From an uncultured Lachnospiraceae bacterium (GTDB taxonomy: Bacteria > Bacillota > Clostridia > Lachnospirales > Lachnospiraceae), in the NCBI GenBank assembly GCA_910576815.1, contig CAJTKA010000018.1:5485-69484 (forward strand): DNA of 64,000 nucleotides, written 5' to 3'. The notes under the pieces were generated by a model, which ran no database searches, had not been told where the DNA came from, and was given only the letters and a program-made list of their open reading frames with translations. Numbering within the stretch: position 1 is the stretch's first letter; each line of letters begins with the position of its first letter. This document shows, piece after piece, positions 30,670 through 40,372 of the stretch. A program made the translations under genes and the position numbers.

Positions 30670-32043
30670 ATGGAGCAGATAGCGCAGAAAGCGAAAACCC
30701 CGAAATATAAAAAAGAGAATATCCGCATCACCTTCCATATGGCGTGGCCGTCCATCGTGGAGTCCTTTTTTGTGGCTTTTGCGGGTTTGGTGGATTCGTT
30801 GATGGTAAGCTCTTTGGGATCTTATGCTGTCGCGGCGGTGGGGCTTACGACACAGCCGAAATTTATCGGGCTGTCCCTGTTTTTTGCTGCCAATGTGGCA
30901 ATCTCCGCCCTGGTTGCGAGGCGGCGGGGGGAGGAAAAGCAAGAGGAGGCGAACCGCATTTTAAGTACGGCGGTGGCCTTCATTATTGCTGCGGCAATTA
31001 TTATGAGTATTCTGTTTGTGTTTCTGGCAAGTCCGATTATCCGTTTTTGCGGTTCGACGCCTGAGACACATGACAGCGCGGTGATGTATTTTCAGATTAT
31101 TATGGGCGGTATGATTTTTAACTGCATTCAGATGGGAATCAATTCCGCGCAGCGGGGTGTGGGCAATACGAAGATCACCATGCGTACCAACGTAACTTCC
31201 AATACCGTGAATATCATTTTTAACTATCTGCTGATAGGCGGACATTTCGGATTTCCCGCTCTTGGCATTCGGGGCGCGGCGCTGGCGACAGTGCTGGGAA
31301 CGGTAGTGGCGTCTGTTATGAGTGTGATTTCCATTCTGAATCCTGACGGGTTTATCAGCCTGCCCTATCTAATCAAAAATAAAGTCCGTCCTGCAATCAA
31401 AACTTTGGTCAATATCATTCATGTAGGTTACAGCGTATTTTTTGAACAGCTTCTGATGCGGGTCGGTTTTATGATGACGGCGATCATGGCGGCGAAGCAG
31501 GGGACTGACGCGATGGCGGCGCATCAGGTGGGGATGAATATCATGGGTCTGACCTTTTCCTTTGGAGACGGCTTGCAGGCGGCCGCGGTTGCGTTGATCG
31601 GGCGCAGCCTCGGTGCAGGTGATGAAAAACTTGCCAAAGAGTACGGTGGCATCTGTAGGATGTTCGGCGGCGTGATTGCAGTTTGCCTTGCCGTCATTTA
31701 CTTTTTCGGGGCAGGGACGCTGATGCGCCTGTTTTTTGCGGAGGAACATATTGTGGCCATCGGCGTGGGCATTATGAGGGTCATCATTTTCGTGGTCATT
31801 TTCCAGATCAGCCAGGTGGTCTATATGGGGTGTCTGCGCGGCGCTGGCGATACGTTTTACACGGCGGTCGCTTCCACCATCAGCGTTACCTTTATCCGCA
31901 CCCTGGGTTCCTGGCTGGGCGGGTATGTGTTCGGGCTTGGCATAATCGGTATTTGGCTCGGCGTGCTTGCGGATCAGATTTCCCGTTTTACGTTTGCCTC
32001 GATCCGATTTAAACAGGGCAAGTGGACACGGATTAAGATTTAG
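30670..32043 (+). CDS. MATE family efflux transporter
   Basis: AVAAVG, GFPALGIRGAALAT, LRGAGDT; multiple TM segments. Confidence 0.9.
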   Translation: MEQIAQKAKTPKYKKENIRITFHMAWPSIVESFFVAFAGLVDSLMVSSLGSYAVAAVGLTTQPKFIGLSLFFAANVAISALVARRRGEEKQEEANRILSTAVAFIIAAAIIMSILFVFLASPIIRFCGSTPETHDSAVMYFQIIMGGMIFNCIQMGINSAQRGVGNTKITMRTNVTSNTVNIIFNYLLIGGHFGFPALGIRGAALATVLGTVVASVMSVISILNPDGFISLPYLIKNKVRPAIKTLVNIIHVGYSVFFEQLLMRVGFMMTAIMAAKQGTDAMAAHQVGMNIMGLTFSFGDGLQAAAVALIGRSLGAGDEKLAKEYGGICRMFGGVIAVCLAVIYFFGAGTLMRLFFAEEHIVAIGVGIMRVIIFVVIFQISQVVYMGCLRGAGDTFYTAVASTISVTFIRTLGSWLGGYVFGLGIIGIWLGVLADQISRFTFASIRFKQGKWTRIKI

Positions 32044-32684
32044 TATTCCCTGCGCTGAAAAATGCGGACCGTGAGCGGGTAGGATAGGCCAAAGGCGAGC
32101 AGGGAAATCGCCATCAGGATGATAATGCCGAGCAGGGGCTTTTGGGGTCCCGGTGATGCGTAATAATTGAATAAAGTAACAATCGCATAATCAAAGCCAA
32201 AGGAGCAGACGAGAGATAAGCCGATCAAAATGTTTCCCCGTTCTTCCCCGAGGCAGTAAAACAGGGGAAAGAAGAGCGCACCCGCAAAAAGGCTCATGCT
32301 GATTCCCATGACAAATGTGGTGACGATATCGAGAGGGATATCAAAAAGGCTGCCGTGAAAAAGCCAGGATAGGGCGGTCACCGTGATGGCAAAGAGAATG
32401 CCGACAGCCATCCAAAACAGTTGATTGAGAAATTGACTTTTTATGATTTCTGCTCGTTTGACCGGCAAGGTCAATTTATATTTTCCCCATTTGGAAGAAA
32501 ACTCGTCTTTCACAATGCCAAGAGCAGCTTCGGAAAAGCCGATGATGCCCAGAACAATATAGGCTATCAAAAGAGACTGGCTGATCACTGCCGCGATGAA
32601 GGCGCCGGCCAAAACCATGACAAGAATGAGGGCCTTTGCCCCGGGAAGCGTTGCGTAAAAGTTATTTTTCAGTAAGCCTTTCAT
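32040..32684 (-). CDS. ABC-2 type permease
   Basis: MKGLLK start, LTLPVKRAEII motif, about 6 TM. Confidence 0.85.
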   Translation of the reverse strand: MKGLLKNNFYATLPGAKALILVMVLAGAFIAAVISQSLLIAYIVLGIIGFSEAALGIVKDEFSSKWGKYKLTLPVKRAEIIKSQFLNQLFWMAVGILFAITVTALSWLFHGSLFDIPLDIVTTFVMGISMSLFAGALFFPLFYCLGEERGNILIGLSLVCSFGFDYAIVTLFNYYASPGPQKPLLGIIILMAISLLAFGLSYPLTVRIFQRREY

Positions 32685-33547
32685 AATGACTCTCCTTTCA
32701 CCAATAACAACATAATTTCGTCAATTGAAACATGGTCTGTCACAATATTGTGATATTTCTTTTCCGCTGCTTTTCCATCGGCTACCAAAACGTCGATTTG
32801 GAAGTCCCGTTTTCTGAAAGCAATCACGTCTGCAGGATCAAGCGCCTGAAACTGGCTTTCCTTACAGCGTAGTACCGCATAACGGTAAATCAGGTCATCC
32901 TTGGAAGCAGTTAAAATCAGCCTGCCGTCGTGAATAAAAGCAATGTGATCCGCCACCTTTTCTAAGTCACTTGTGATGTGTGATGAGAGGAGAATAGAGT
33001 GGTTTTCCTCCTGTACAAAGTCAAGAAACACATCCAGCATCTCATCCCGCATAATGGGATCGAGGCCGCTTGTGGCCTCGTCAAGGATCAATAACTGCGG
33101 ATGGTGCGAAAGCGCGGCGGCAATCGCCAACTTCATGGTCATACCTCTGGAAAAATGTTTTATTTCCTGCGTTTCCGGCAGCCCGAAAGCTTGCAGGTAT
33201 TTTTGAAACAGAGCAGGATCCCATTGGCTGTAAAAACCGCTCATGACCTTTGATAATTGTTTGGCGGTCCAGAAGCCGGGGAAATTGTCACCGTCGTAAA
33301 CTACGCCGATTTTCTCCCGCAGCGCCGTGTCATCGTCCTGCATTTCTTTGCCAAATAGTTTGACGGTCCCGCTATCCTTGCGGATGGTGTTTAAGATACA
33401 GCCGATCGTTGTCGTTTTGCCTGAGCCGTTTTCGCCCACGAAGCCCAGGATGCTCCCGTAGGGCAGTGAAAAAGTCAGGTTATCTAATGTAAAATTTGAT
33501 TTGGAAAATGTTTTTGAGATATTTTCTAGTTTCAGTATAGGTTCCAT
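32681..33547 (-). CDS. ABC transporter ATP-binding protein (YtrB-like)
   Basis: GENGSGKTT, FSRGM, LDEATSGLD. Confidence 0.9.
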   Translation of the reverse strand: MEPILKLENISKTFSKSNFTLDNLTFSLPYGSILGFVGENGSGKTTTIGCILNTIRKDSGTVKLFGKEMQDDDTALREKIGVVYDGDNFPGFWTAKQLSKVMSGFYSQWDPALFQKYLQAFGLPETQEIKHFSRGMTMKLAIAAALSHHPQLLILDEATSGLDPIMRDEMLDVFLDFVQEENHSILLSSHITSDLEKVADHIAFIHDGRLILTASKDDLIYRYAVLRCKESQFQALDPADVIAFRKRDFQIDVLVADGKAAEKKYHNIVTDHVSIDEIMLLLVKGESL

Positions 33548-33628
33548 AGTGTCTCCTTTTATATTTTTGTTGCAATTTGTAAATCTCGCTACATTGTTTA
33601 TGCCCAAATTTTGAAATCGTAAATTATT

Positions 33629-34006
33629 TTATTCTTCATCAGTATAGAACAGCGCCAGCATTTCCGTCAGTTTTTCCAGCGATATATTGCTTGCCCGCCC
33701 GATTTCTGCCGCCGCATGCAAATGTTCCTCCGCGATCCGCTGCTGCTCCTCCTGATAAAATTCTTTGTTTTGCGCCGAGACAAAGCTGCCCCTGCCCACC
33801 GTTGTCTCGATAAAGCCGTCCCGTTGGAGATCCTCATAAGCTTTCTGTACCGTGATCACACTCACATGAATGGACTTTGCCAAGGCCCGCATGGAAGGGA
33901 TCGAATCGCCCGCCTGCAATTCGCCGCTCATGATCATGACCTTGATCTGGGAAGTGATCTGTTCGTAGATCGGTTTGTTGACATTGTTGCTGATAATGAT
34001 TTCCAT
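33629..34006 (-). CDS. GntR (YtrA subfamily) regulator
   Basis: PIYEQI, PSMRALA, TVQKAY, GRGSFV; 125 aa. Confidence 0.9.
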   Translation of the reverse strand: MEIIISNNVNKPIYEQITSQIKVMIMSGELQAGDSIPSMRALAKSIHVSVITVQKAYEDLQRDGFIETTVGRGSFVSAQNKEFYQEEQQRIAEEHLHAAAEIGRASNISLEKLTEMLALFYTDEE

Positions 34007-34111
34007 AGTTGTCTCCGTTTTGGTAAATTACACGGTATTTCCTGCTGTTCGCCCTTTAACAGCCTTTCTGCGTATAGGTCTGTCTGCTGCATACCTGCCG
34101 CCTTAAGCTTA

Positions 34112-34161
34112 AGTGTACTTATTGTACGAGTACATTATAACAGCAAAAATAACAATGTCAA
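34112..34161 (-). promoter_or_regulatory. promoter with YtrA-type operator
   Basis: minus strand TTGACA-16 bp-TATAAT (extended TG); AGTGTA-N13-TACATT dyad at 34112-34136. Confidence 0.75.
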
Positions 34162-34486
34162 GGAAAAATTACTGATTTCATAAATCTGCACAACACAAAA
34201 TATGGTAGGGCATTGGTTTTTTTAGATTTTCAATCTCTATATTTTGTTACGCATGCCCGACCTATCGGTATTTCGCACACTATTTTTCTACAGGTCATGC
34301 TGCAATAAATAATTGCAATTCACATTTTCCTATGCTATATCTATCTCATACACGTAAACAGCCAGGACATTTTGTAGGCGGATATCATTTTATGATAGTT
34401 TTTCCAACAAAAGTCTTTGGCATCTTTGGGGGAATCCCCGTCTTCGGCAGATCCCAAAACTGCTGTCACGAAAGGAAGGCATATCT

Positions 34487-35488
34487 ATGAGTACAAATCT
34501 GAAACTCCCGGCGGATGCAAACGGCGCAGTCCGCTACGGCATGACCAACGACTACATGTTCCGCGCCGTCTTACAGTCAAGCAATAAGGTGCTGCGCGGT
34601 CTGATCTGTTCCCTGCTTCATCTGCGTGATGACGAGGTGATCTCCGTCGTAGTGACGAACCCGATCGTTCTGGGCGAAACCATCAAAGATAAAGAATTTC
34701 GCCTGGATGTCAATGTCTTGCTCAACGACAACACGTTGATCAATCTTGAGATGCAGGTGGCCAACCGCCTGAACTGGCACGAGCGCTCCGTCACCTATCT
34801 GTGCCGGTCCTTTGACAGTCTGGAGCATGGACAGGATTACAATGAGACGAAACCCGCCATACAGATCGGGTTCCTTGACTATACGTTATTCCCGGAACGA
34901 CCGAAGTTTTATGATACATACAAACTTTTGAGCATACACGATCATAAAAAATACAGTGACAGCCTTACGCTGGGTGTAGTAGATCTGTCCCGCATCGATC
35001 TTGCGACAGAAGATGACAGAGCGTATCACATCGACAGTTGGGCAAGACTCTTTAAAGCCACTATATGGGAGGAGATCAGAATGAGTGCATCGATAGACGA
35101 AGCTTTACAGGAAGCCGCGGATACGCTTTATGCTCTGAATGCCGATGAAGCGGTACGCAAACGCTGCCGTGACCGTCTGGAATACTATCAGGATCTGAAG
35201 AATTATGAGCGGAAGATCGAGCGGGATCGCCTGGAGCATGAGCAGGATCTGCGTAATTATGAGTTGAAGATTGAGCGTGACCGCCTGGAGCATGAACAGG
35301 ATCTGCGTAATTATGAGTTGAAGATCGAGCGTGACCGCATAGCATATGAACAGGATAAACAGAATTACGAGCAAAGGATAGAGCGGGATCGCATCGAGCA
35401 TGAGCAGCAGATAAAGCAGATTGTCGCGGAAAAAGATGCCCAGATTCAGCAGCTTCGTGCAGAAATAGAAGAAATGAGAAAGCAATAG
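34487..35488 (+). CDS. Rpn family PD-(D/E)XK nuclease / putative transposase, copy 2
   Basis: NDYMFRAVL, RLDV, INLEMQ; paralog of 27361-28338. Confidence 0.88.
   Translation: MSTNLKLPADANGAVRYGMTNDYMFRAVLQSSNKVLRGLICSLLHLRDDEVISVVVTNPIVLGETIKDKEFRLDVNVLLNDNTLINLEMQVANRLNWHERSVTYLCRSFDSLEHGQDYNETKPAIQIGFLDYTLFPERPKFYDTYKLLSIHDHKKYSDSLTLGVVDLSRIDLATEDDRAYHIDSWARLFKATIWEEIRMSASIDEALQEAADTLYALNADEAVRKRCRDRLEYYQDLKNYERKIERDRLEHEQDLRNYELKIERDRLEHEQDLRNYELKIERDRIAYEQDKQNYEQRIERDRIEHEQQIKQIVAEKDAQIQQLRAEIEEMRKQ
35189..35404 (+). repeat. 4 x 54-bp tandem repeat (18-aa QDLRNYELKIERDRLEHE)
   Basis: four consecutive units starting CAGGAT. Confidence 0.9.
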
Positions 35489-35511
35489 AGTAAGGGTAAG
35501 GGAGAGTAGGC

Positions 35512-36189
35512 ATGCGCATTTTAATTGCCGAGGATGAAACGGAACTGGCAAAGGGATTAAAGTTTCTTCTGGAAAAGAATAAGTTTACTGTAGATGCGGT
35601 CCATGACGGGGAGGAGGCTTTGAACTACTTCCAGAGCAGGGATTATGATGTGGTAATTCTGGACATTATGATGCCGAAGGTAAATGGGCTGGATGTTTTG
35701 CGGCAGATCCGAGAGGCGGGATCTAAGGTTCCTGTGTTGATGCTGACGGCGAAGGCGGAGATTGAGGACCGAGTGGCCGGGTTGGCGGCGGGGGCGGATG
35801 ATTATTTGCCGAAGCCCTTTGCCAGCCCTGAATTTATTGCCAGAGTAAAGGCCCTTTCGCGGCGAAATACAGGGTATACCGAAGCCTGTCTGTCCTTTGG
35901 TAACGTGCGGCTTGACTGCAACCGTTATGAGATGAGCTGTGAGAATAGGACCGTGCGTTTAAATAATAAGGAATTTCAAGTGATGGAACTTTTTATGCGC
36001 AATCCCCGTTTTGTATTTTCTACCGGTCATCTGATGGATAAGATCTGGGGACAGGATTCGGAGGCGGATATCAGCGTGGTGTGGACGTATGTGGGATTCC
36101 TGCGGAAAAAATTAAAGGAACTTGACGCGGATATTGAGATTCGGACGGCGCGTGGCGCGGGTTATTTTCTCGAGGAGAACAGATGTTAA
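35512..36189 (+). CDS. OmpR family response regulator
   Basis: IAEDE, LDIMMP, DDYLPKPF, RGAGY. Confidence 0.92.
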   Translation: MRILIAEDETELAKGLKFLLEKNKFTVDAVHDGEEALNYFQSRDYDVVILDIMMPKVNGLDVLRQIREAGSKVPVLMLTAKAEIEDRVAGLAAGADDYLPKPFASPEFIARVKALSRRNTGYTEACLSFGNVRLDCNRYEMSCENRTVRLNNKEFQVMELFMRNPRFVFSTGHLMDKIWGQDSEADISVVWTYVGFLRKKLKELDADIEIRTARGAGYFLEENRC

Positions 36190-37403
36190 AAAAGATACAA
36201 AGGCGCTTTGTTTTGGCGGCGATGGCGGCGTTTGGATTGGTCATGCTGTTGATCATCGTCGGAATCAATACTGCAAATTATTATAAGACAACTTCCATGC
36301 AGGATCGTTTGGCAAAGGAGCTTCTTTCGCAGGAACAGACGGTTCAGGAAAGGCCCAAGATGCCGCCGCGCGCCAGAGATATATTAAAAAGAGACCCAGA
36401 GACGGCATTTATGACCCGTTTCTTTACTGTTCACTGTGATACGGATGGCAGAGTCAAAGAGGTATTAAGGGACAATATTTCCTCTGTGGATGAACAAACG
36501 GCAAAGGAATACGCGCAGGCCGTCTTTTCGCGGGACAGGGAAAAGGGTTACTATAAGAATTATCGGTATCTGATGGGCAGAAGCGAAAAAGGCGTGTCGA
36601 TTCTTTTTCTGAATTCAGCGATCCAATTGCAGTCTATGCGGTCGCTGCTTTTGGTATCCTTGGCAATCGGGTTATTCAGCCTGCTGACGGTATTCTTTTT
36701 GGTTCTTGTTTTTTCCAGACGTGCAATCCGGCCTTATCTGAAAAATTTGGAGCAACAGAAGCAATTTATCACAGACGCAGGGCACGAATTAAAAACTCCC
36801 ATCACTTCAATAGCTACCAGCGCGGATATCGCCGCAATGGAGCACGAGGGAGATGAGTGGATCGAAAATATCCGCAGGCAGGCCGCCAGACTGACTAAGC
36901 TGGTGGGGGATATGGTCGCACTGTCGAGGCTGGACGAGGAGACGCCTTTTCTGAAGAAGGACAGATTTTCCCTCAGTGAAGCGGCATGGGAAATCGCCGA
37001 GCCTTTTACGCAGCTGGCGAAGGCAAAAGGAAAACATTACGGTCAGCAGATCGAGGAGGATTTGACTTTTTTCGGAGACAGAGATGCCATCCAACGCATG
37101 ATATCGATTTTGTTGGATAATGCGATTAAGTATTCTGATGATGGCGGAGAGATTCGGCTGCAGGTTTACCGCAGGCGCAGTAAAGTCTGCATTGAGGTGA
37201 CGAATACATGCCGCCTTCAAGATGTTTCTAATCTAGACAGATTGTTTGACAGGTTTTACCGCTTGGACGAGTCCCGCTCTACTGCAACGGGCGGTACGGG
37301 GATCGGCCTGTCCATGGTGCGGGCGATTGCGGAGACGCATGGAGGAAAGGCAACCGTGCAGAGTGCAGATGGTAGGGAGATATGCTTTCGGGTGATAGCG
37401 TGA
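36183..37403 (+). CDS. sensor histidine kinase
   Basis: DAGHELKTP, LLDNAIKYS, FDRFYR, GTGIGL. Confidence 0.92.
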   Translation: MLKKIQRRFVLAAMAAFGLVMLLIIVGINTANYYKTTSMQDRLAKELLSQEQTVQERPKMPPRARDILKRDPETAFMTRFFTVHCDTDGRVKEVLRDNISSVDEQTAKEYAQAVFSRDREKGYYKNYRYLMGRSEKGVSILFLNSAIQLQSMRSLLLVSLAIGLFSLLTVFFLVLVFSRRAIRPYLKNLEQQKQFITDAGHELKTPITSIATSADIAAMEHEGDEWIENIRRQAARLTKLVGDMVALSRLDEETPFLKKDRFSLSEAAWEIAEPFTQLAKAKGKHYGQQIEEDLTFFGDRDAIQRMISILLDNAIKYSDDGGEIRLQVYRRRSKVCIEVTNTCRLQDVSNLDRLFDRFYRLDESRSTATGGTGIGLSMVRAIAETHGGKATVQSADGREICFRVIA

Positions 37404-37515
37404 AAAGTGCTTCTAAAGACGTCCCGCCATTGGACGGAGACACAAAGTCAGCAGAGCTGACTTGGAAGCACTAAGTTTCACGCAGGAGAATGCCTAAAAT
37501 ACGGCATTCTCCGCA
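37400..37515. repeat. intergenic double-hairpin repeat, copy 2
   Basis: same architecture and near-identical 41-bp 3' part as 22065-22160. Confidence 0.65.
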
Positions 37516-37520
37516 CAAGG

Positions 37521-39296
37521 CTATTCTGCTTCAACAGGTTTCGGATATGCCGTCGCATTTTTGCCCCAGCAGTATTCCTGATCCTGAAAATCGACGGCAT
37601 ACACCGTGTTGTCCTCAAAGCGTACAGACTTTATCTTCTTTAATACCAGATAGGGTTCGGAAACCACGTCGGTAGAAACGCTCGGCATTCCATTCCCGCG
37701 TCTTTTATTACCGATTTCTCCAAACGAATTATCGCCCCATACCCACAAATCTCCCTTTTTGGAAATTGCCGCCGCGGTAACATGATCCGCCGCAATAAAA
37801 GCAATGTCGTCCATCAGAGGCACAGGTTCACTGGAATAGTGATGCTCCTTTTTTGTATAAAATGCATTGACTACGGGTCTTGCCGTACCATTTCCAAGCT
37901 GCCCGTTCAAATTGTCTCCCATTGTGTAGAGAGTGCCGTCTTCCGACAGTATCATGATATAACCGCCGCCGACTGCTGCATATTTCACATGATCCATAAT
38001 CAAAACAGGCTTAGTGATGCAGCATTGATGATAGGCATCATATGCAATATCTGTCCGCTTGTCCTGTTTCTCAATGGGCTGTCCCAATTGCCCGCTTCCG
38101 TTATTTCCTACGCCATATAATTCATGGTTGACATTCAGATAAACCAGCGTCTCGCCGCAGGCATCCATGTGAATAATATTATCTGCAATTAAAATGTCCT
38201 GCGCATTAAAATCCGTAGATGAAATTTCACCGATCCCTAATTGACCACTGGTATTTTGACCACTGCCGTAAAGGTAACCGTCTTTGATCTCATAAGTATT
38301 ACTGTAATCCTGAAATTTTGTCTGATATTCATTGGTGCTGACGGGGTATTTTTTTGCCTGTGTTATTTCTGCCGCCGTTTTGGGCCCTGATTGCAAAATA
38401 TTGACTGCAATTTCTTTCGCCTTATTTCCTGATATGATATCTTTATTTTGCATATCATCAAGATAAACCGCAAAATAAGTTCTATCACCGCTTTCTTCTA
38501 AAAAGCCGACAAACCATGCCTTTCCGTCAGAGGACGAGCCGGTTTTACCGTATAAACGACCATTGTCAAGTTCCGTAAGATACATGATATTTTTAAGGGT
38601 TTCTATATGCTCGGCATCAAAGGGGGAATCCGTGCCCAAAATAGTACGCAGTACAGTTATCTGTTCCGTTGGAGAAATATTTAATGAGGAAGCTAACCAA
38701 AATCCATTCAGCTCCGGCAAAGGATTTACGCCGCTTCCGTCCCATTCAGACAGATCGCAGTTCCCATACTGTAATTCCTGTAATATTGCGCGCATATTTT
38801 CCTGCCCGACTTTGTCTATAACCTGTCGGAAATACCAAACACACGAGTTCTCAAATGCTTCCTTTAATGTGAGATCTGCGTTCCACGCATCAACAGGGTA
38901 GTCTGCGCCGTTGTATTCCATTTTAGAATTTTCGTTTTTCAATACTCCGTTTTCCAGACCAGCAAGTGCAGTTATGATTTTAAAAGTTGATAATGGGGAG
39001 ACTTCCGTTTCGCATAATTCCTTGTTATAAAAAATGTAAGTCTTTGACGATTTTTCATAGAACACAGCGCAGCCGTTGATTCCTTCAAAAATTTCAGCAT
39101 AGTCAACGGTAGTTTCCGTTATAGCGGATGCGTCCTTTTCTTCTGTGTTATTTGTATTCTGTGTAGTTTGGGTATCCTGTTTTGTCTGCTGTTCTGTTTC
39201 AGTGCTGACATCTTTTTGTGGCTGGCTGTTGATGTTAGAACATCCTGTAATGATAACAGACAGCAGTACAATTAAGATTGATTTATACTTTTTCAT
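37521..39296 (-). CDS. lipoprotein: class D beta-lactamase-like domain fused to RCC1/BLIP-II-like repeats
   Basis: IITGC lipobox; STFK, SCV, YGN, FWL, KTG; repeats GQNTSGQLG, GNNGSGQLG, GDNLNGQLG, WGDNSFGEIG. Confidence 0.8.
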   Translation of the reverse strand: MKKYKSILIVLLSVIITGCSNINSQPQKDVSTETEQQTKQDTQTTQNTNNTEEKDASAITETTVDYAEIFEGINGCAVFYEKSSKTYIFYNKELCETEVSPLSTFKIITALAGLENGVLKNENSKMEYNGADYPVDAWNADLTLKEAFENSCVWYFRQVIDKVGQENMRAILQELQYGNCDLSEWDGSGVNPLPELNGFWLASSLNISPTEQITVLRTILGTDSPFDAEHIETLKNIMYLTELDNGRLYGKTGSSSDGKAWFVGFLEESGDRTYFAVYLDDMQNKDIISGNKAKEIAVNILQSGPKTAAEITQAKKYPVSTNEYQTKFQDYSNTYEIKDGYLYGSGQNTSGQLGIGEISSTDFNAQDILIADNIIHMDACGETLVYLNVNHELYGVGNNGSGQLGQPIEKQDKRTDIAYDAYHQCCITKPVLIMDHVKYAAVGGGYIMILSEDGTLYTMGDNLNGQLGNGTARPVVNAFYTKKEHHYSSEPVPLMDDIAFIAADHVTAAAISKKGDLWVWGDNSFGEIGNKRRGNGMPSVSTDVVSEPYLVLKKIKSVRFEDNTVYAVDFQDQEYCWGKNATAYPKPVEAE

Positions 39297-39540
39297 TTGG
39301 TCCTCTCATATGCAGTAAGTTAGTTATTAATAAATATATTTTACCATAGGCATTTTTATAGTTCCATGATATTTCGATTTTGTTCACCAAAAAATCACAT
39401 CTGTTTTTAAGTACATTTCAGGATGCCCTTCTATACTTTACCCATGCTTTCAACACAATGTGTCAAGCTTTATTTTCATTATGAAAGCAAGGGACAGCGA
39501 TAGAGCAGTCATAAAACAGTGGCAGAAAGGAGAGGGTCCG

Positions 39541-40230
39541 GTGAATCAGGTAGAAGGTTTTCGGCATGAATTAAAATACCGAATCAGCTACGCGCAATAC
39601 ATCGAATTAAGAGACCGCCTGCGGACAGCGATGCAACACGATGAGCATACAGGCGCAGACGGCAGATATCTGATACGAAGCATCTACTTTGATAACTACA
39701 TGGACAAGGCGCTGCGGGAAAAGGTGCAGGGCATTCCCATACGGGAGAAGTTCAGGATACGGTATTATAATGATGATTTTTCTTATTTGACACTGGAAAA
39801 GAAAATCAAGGATAATACGCTTTGCAGGAAGGTCGATGTGCAGATCACAGAGGAAGAATGCAGGAAATTATTGGAGGGTGAAATTACTTGGATGCGGGAT
39901 CATCCCGCGCCGCTGGTGCAGGAATTGTATACGAAAATGCGCAGCCAGTTGCTTTGCCCGCGAGTGCTGGTATCTTATATGCGCGAACCCTATATGTATC
40001 GGGCGGGATATGTGAGGATTACGTTTGATTCTGACATCCGCACCACATTGTATCATAAAGATTTTTTGGAAGAGAAGGTTATTGACATTAATACGGTGGG
40101 GCCGCAGGAGAGGATACTGGAAATAAAATACGATGCGTTTTTGCCGGAAATCATACGCAGGCTGATACAGACAAACACACTGCGCCAGACGGCGTTTTCA
40201 AAATACGAGGCCTGTCGGTGTTATGGGTAA
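39541..40230 (+). CDS. VTC (polyphosphate polymerase) domain protein
   Basis: RHELKY, IRSIYFD, REKFRIRYY, RITFD, ILEIKY, FSKY; GTG start after AAGGAG. Confidence 0.88.
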   Translation: MNQVEGFRHELKYRISYAQYIELRDRLRTAMQHDEHTGADGRYLIRSIYFDNYMDKALREKVQGIPIREKFRIRYYNDDFSYLTLEKKIKDNTLCRKVDVQITEEECRKLLEGEITWMRDHPAPLVQELYTKMRSQLLCPRVLVSYMREPYMYRAGYVRITFDSDIRTTLYHKDFLEEKVIDINTVGPQERILEIKYDAFLPEIIRRLIQTNTLRQTAFSKYEACRCYG

Positions 40231-40372
40231 AAAGAAGGGAGACCAGCTATGAAAAGTCAAGCCTAAATTAACAAAAAATTTCTTTTTCCTATCGGTGGTA
40301 AAAAAGGGTAACTTTAATAAAGCTCCCCAAGGGTGCATTTTCAAAATCTACCGGTATTGGTATACAGACCTC

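Noticed and set aside
35189..35404. Possible CRISPR array
   Set aside because: Units are contiguous, in-frame coding repeats with no unique spacers, and no cas genes are present.
40249..40266. ATG after AAGGGAG suggesting a new gene at the IS end
   Set aside because: Closes after five codons (MKSQA*); it is IS right-end sequence next to the captured SD.
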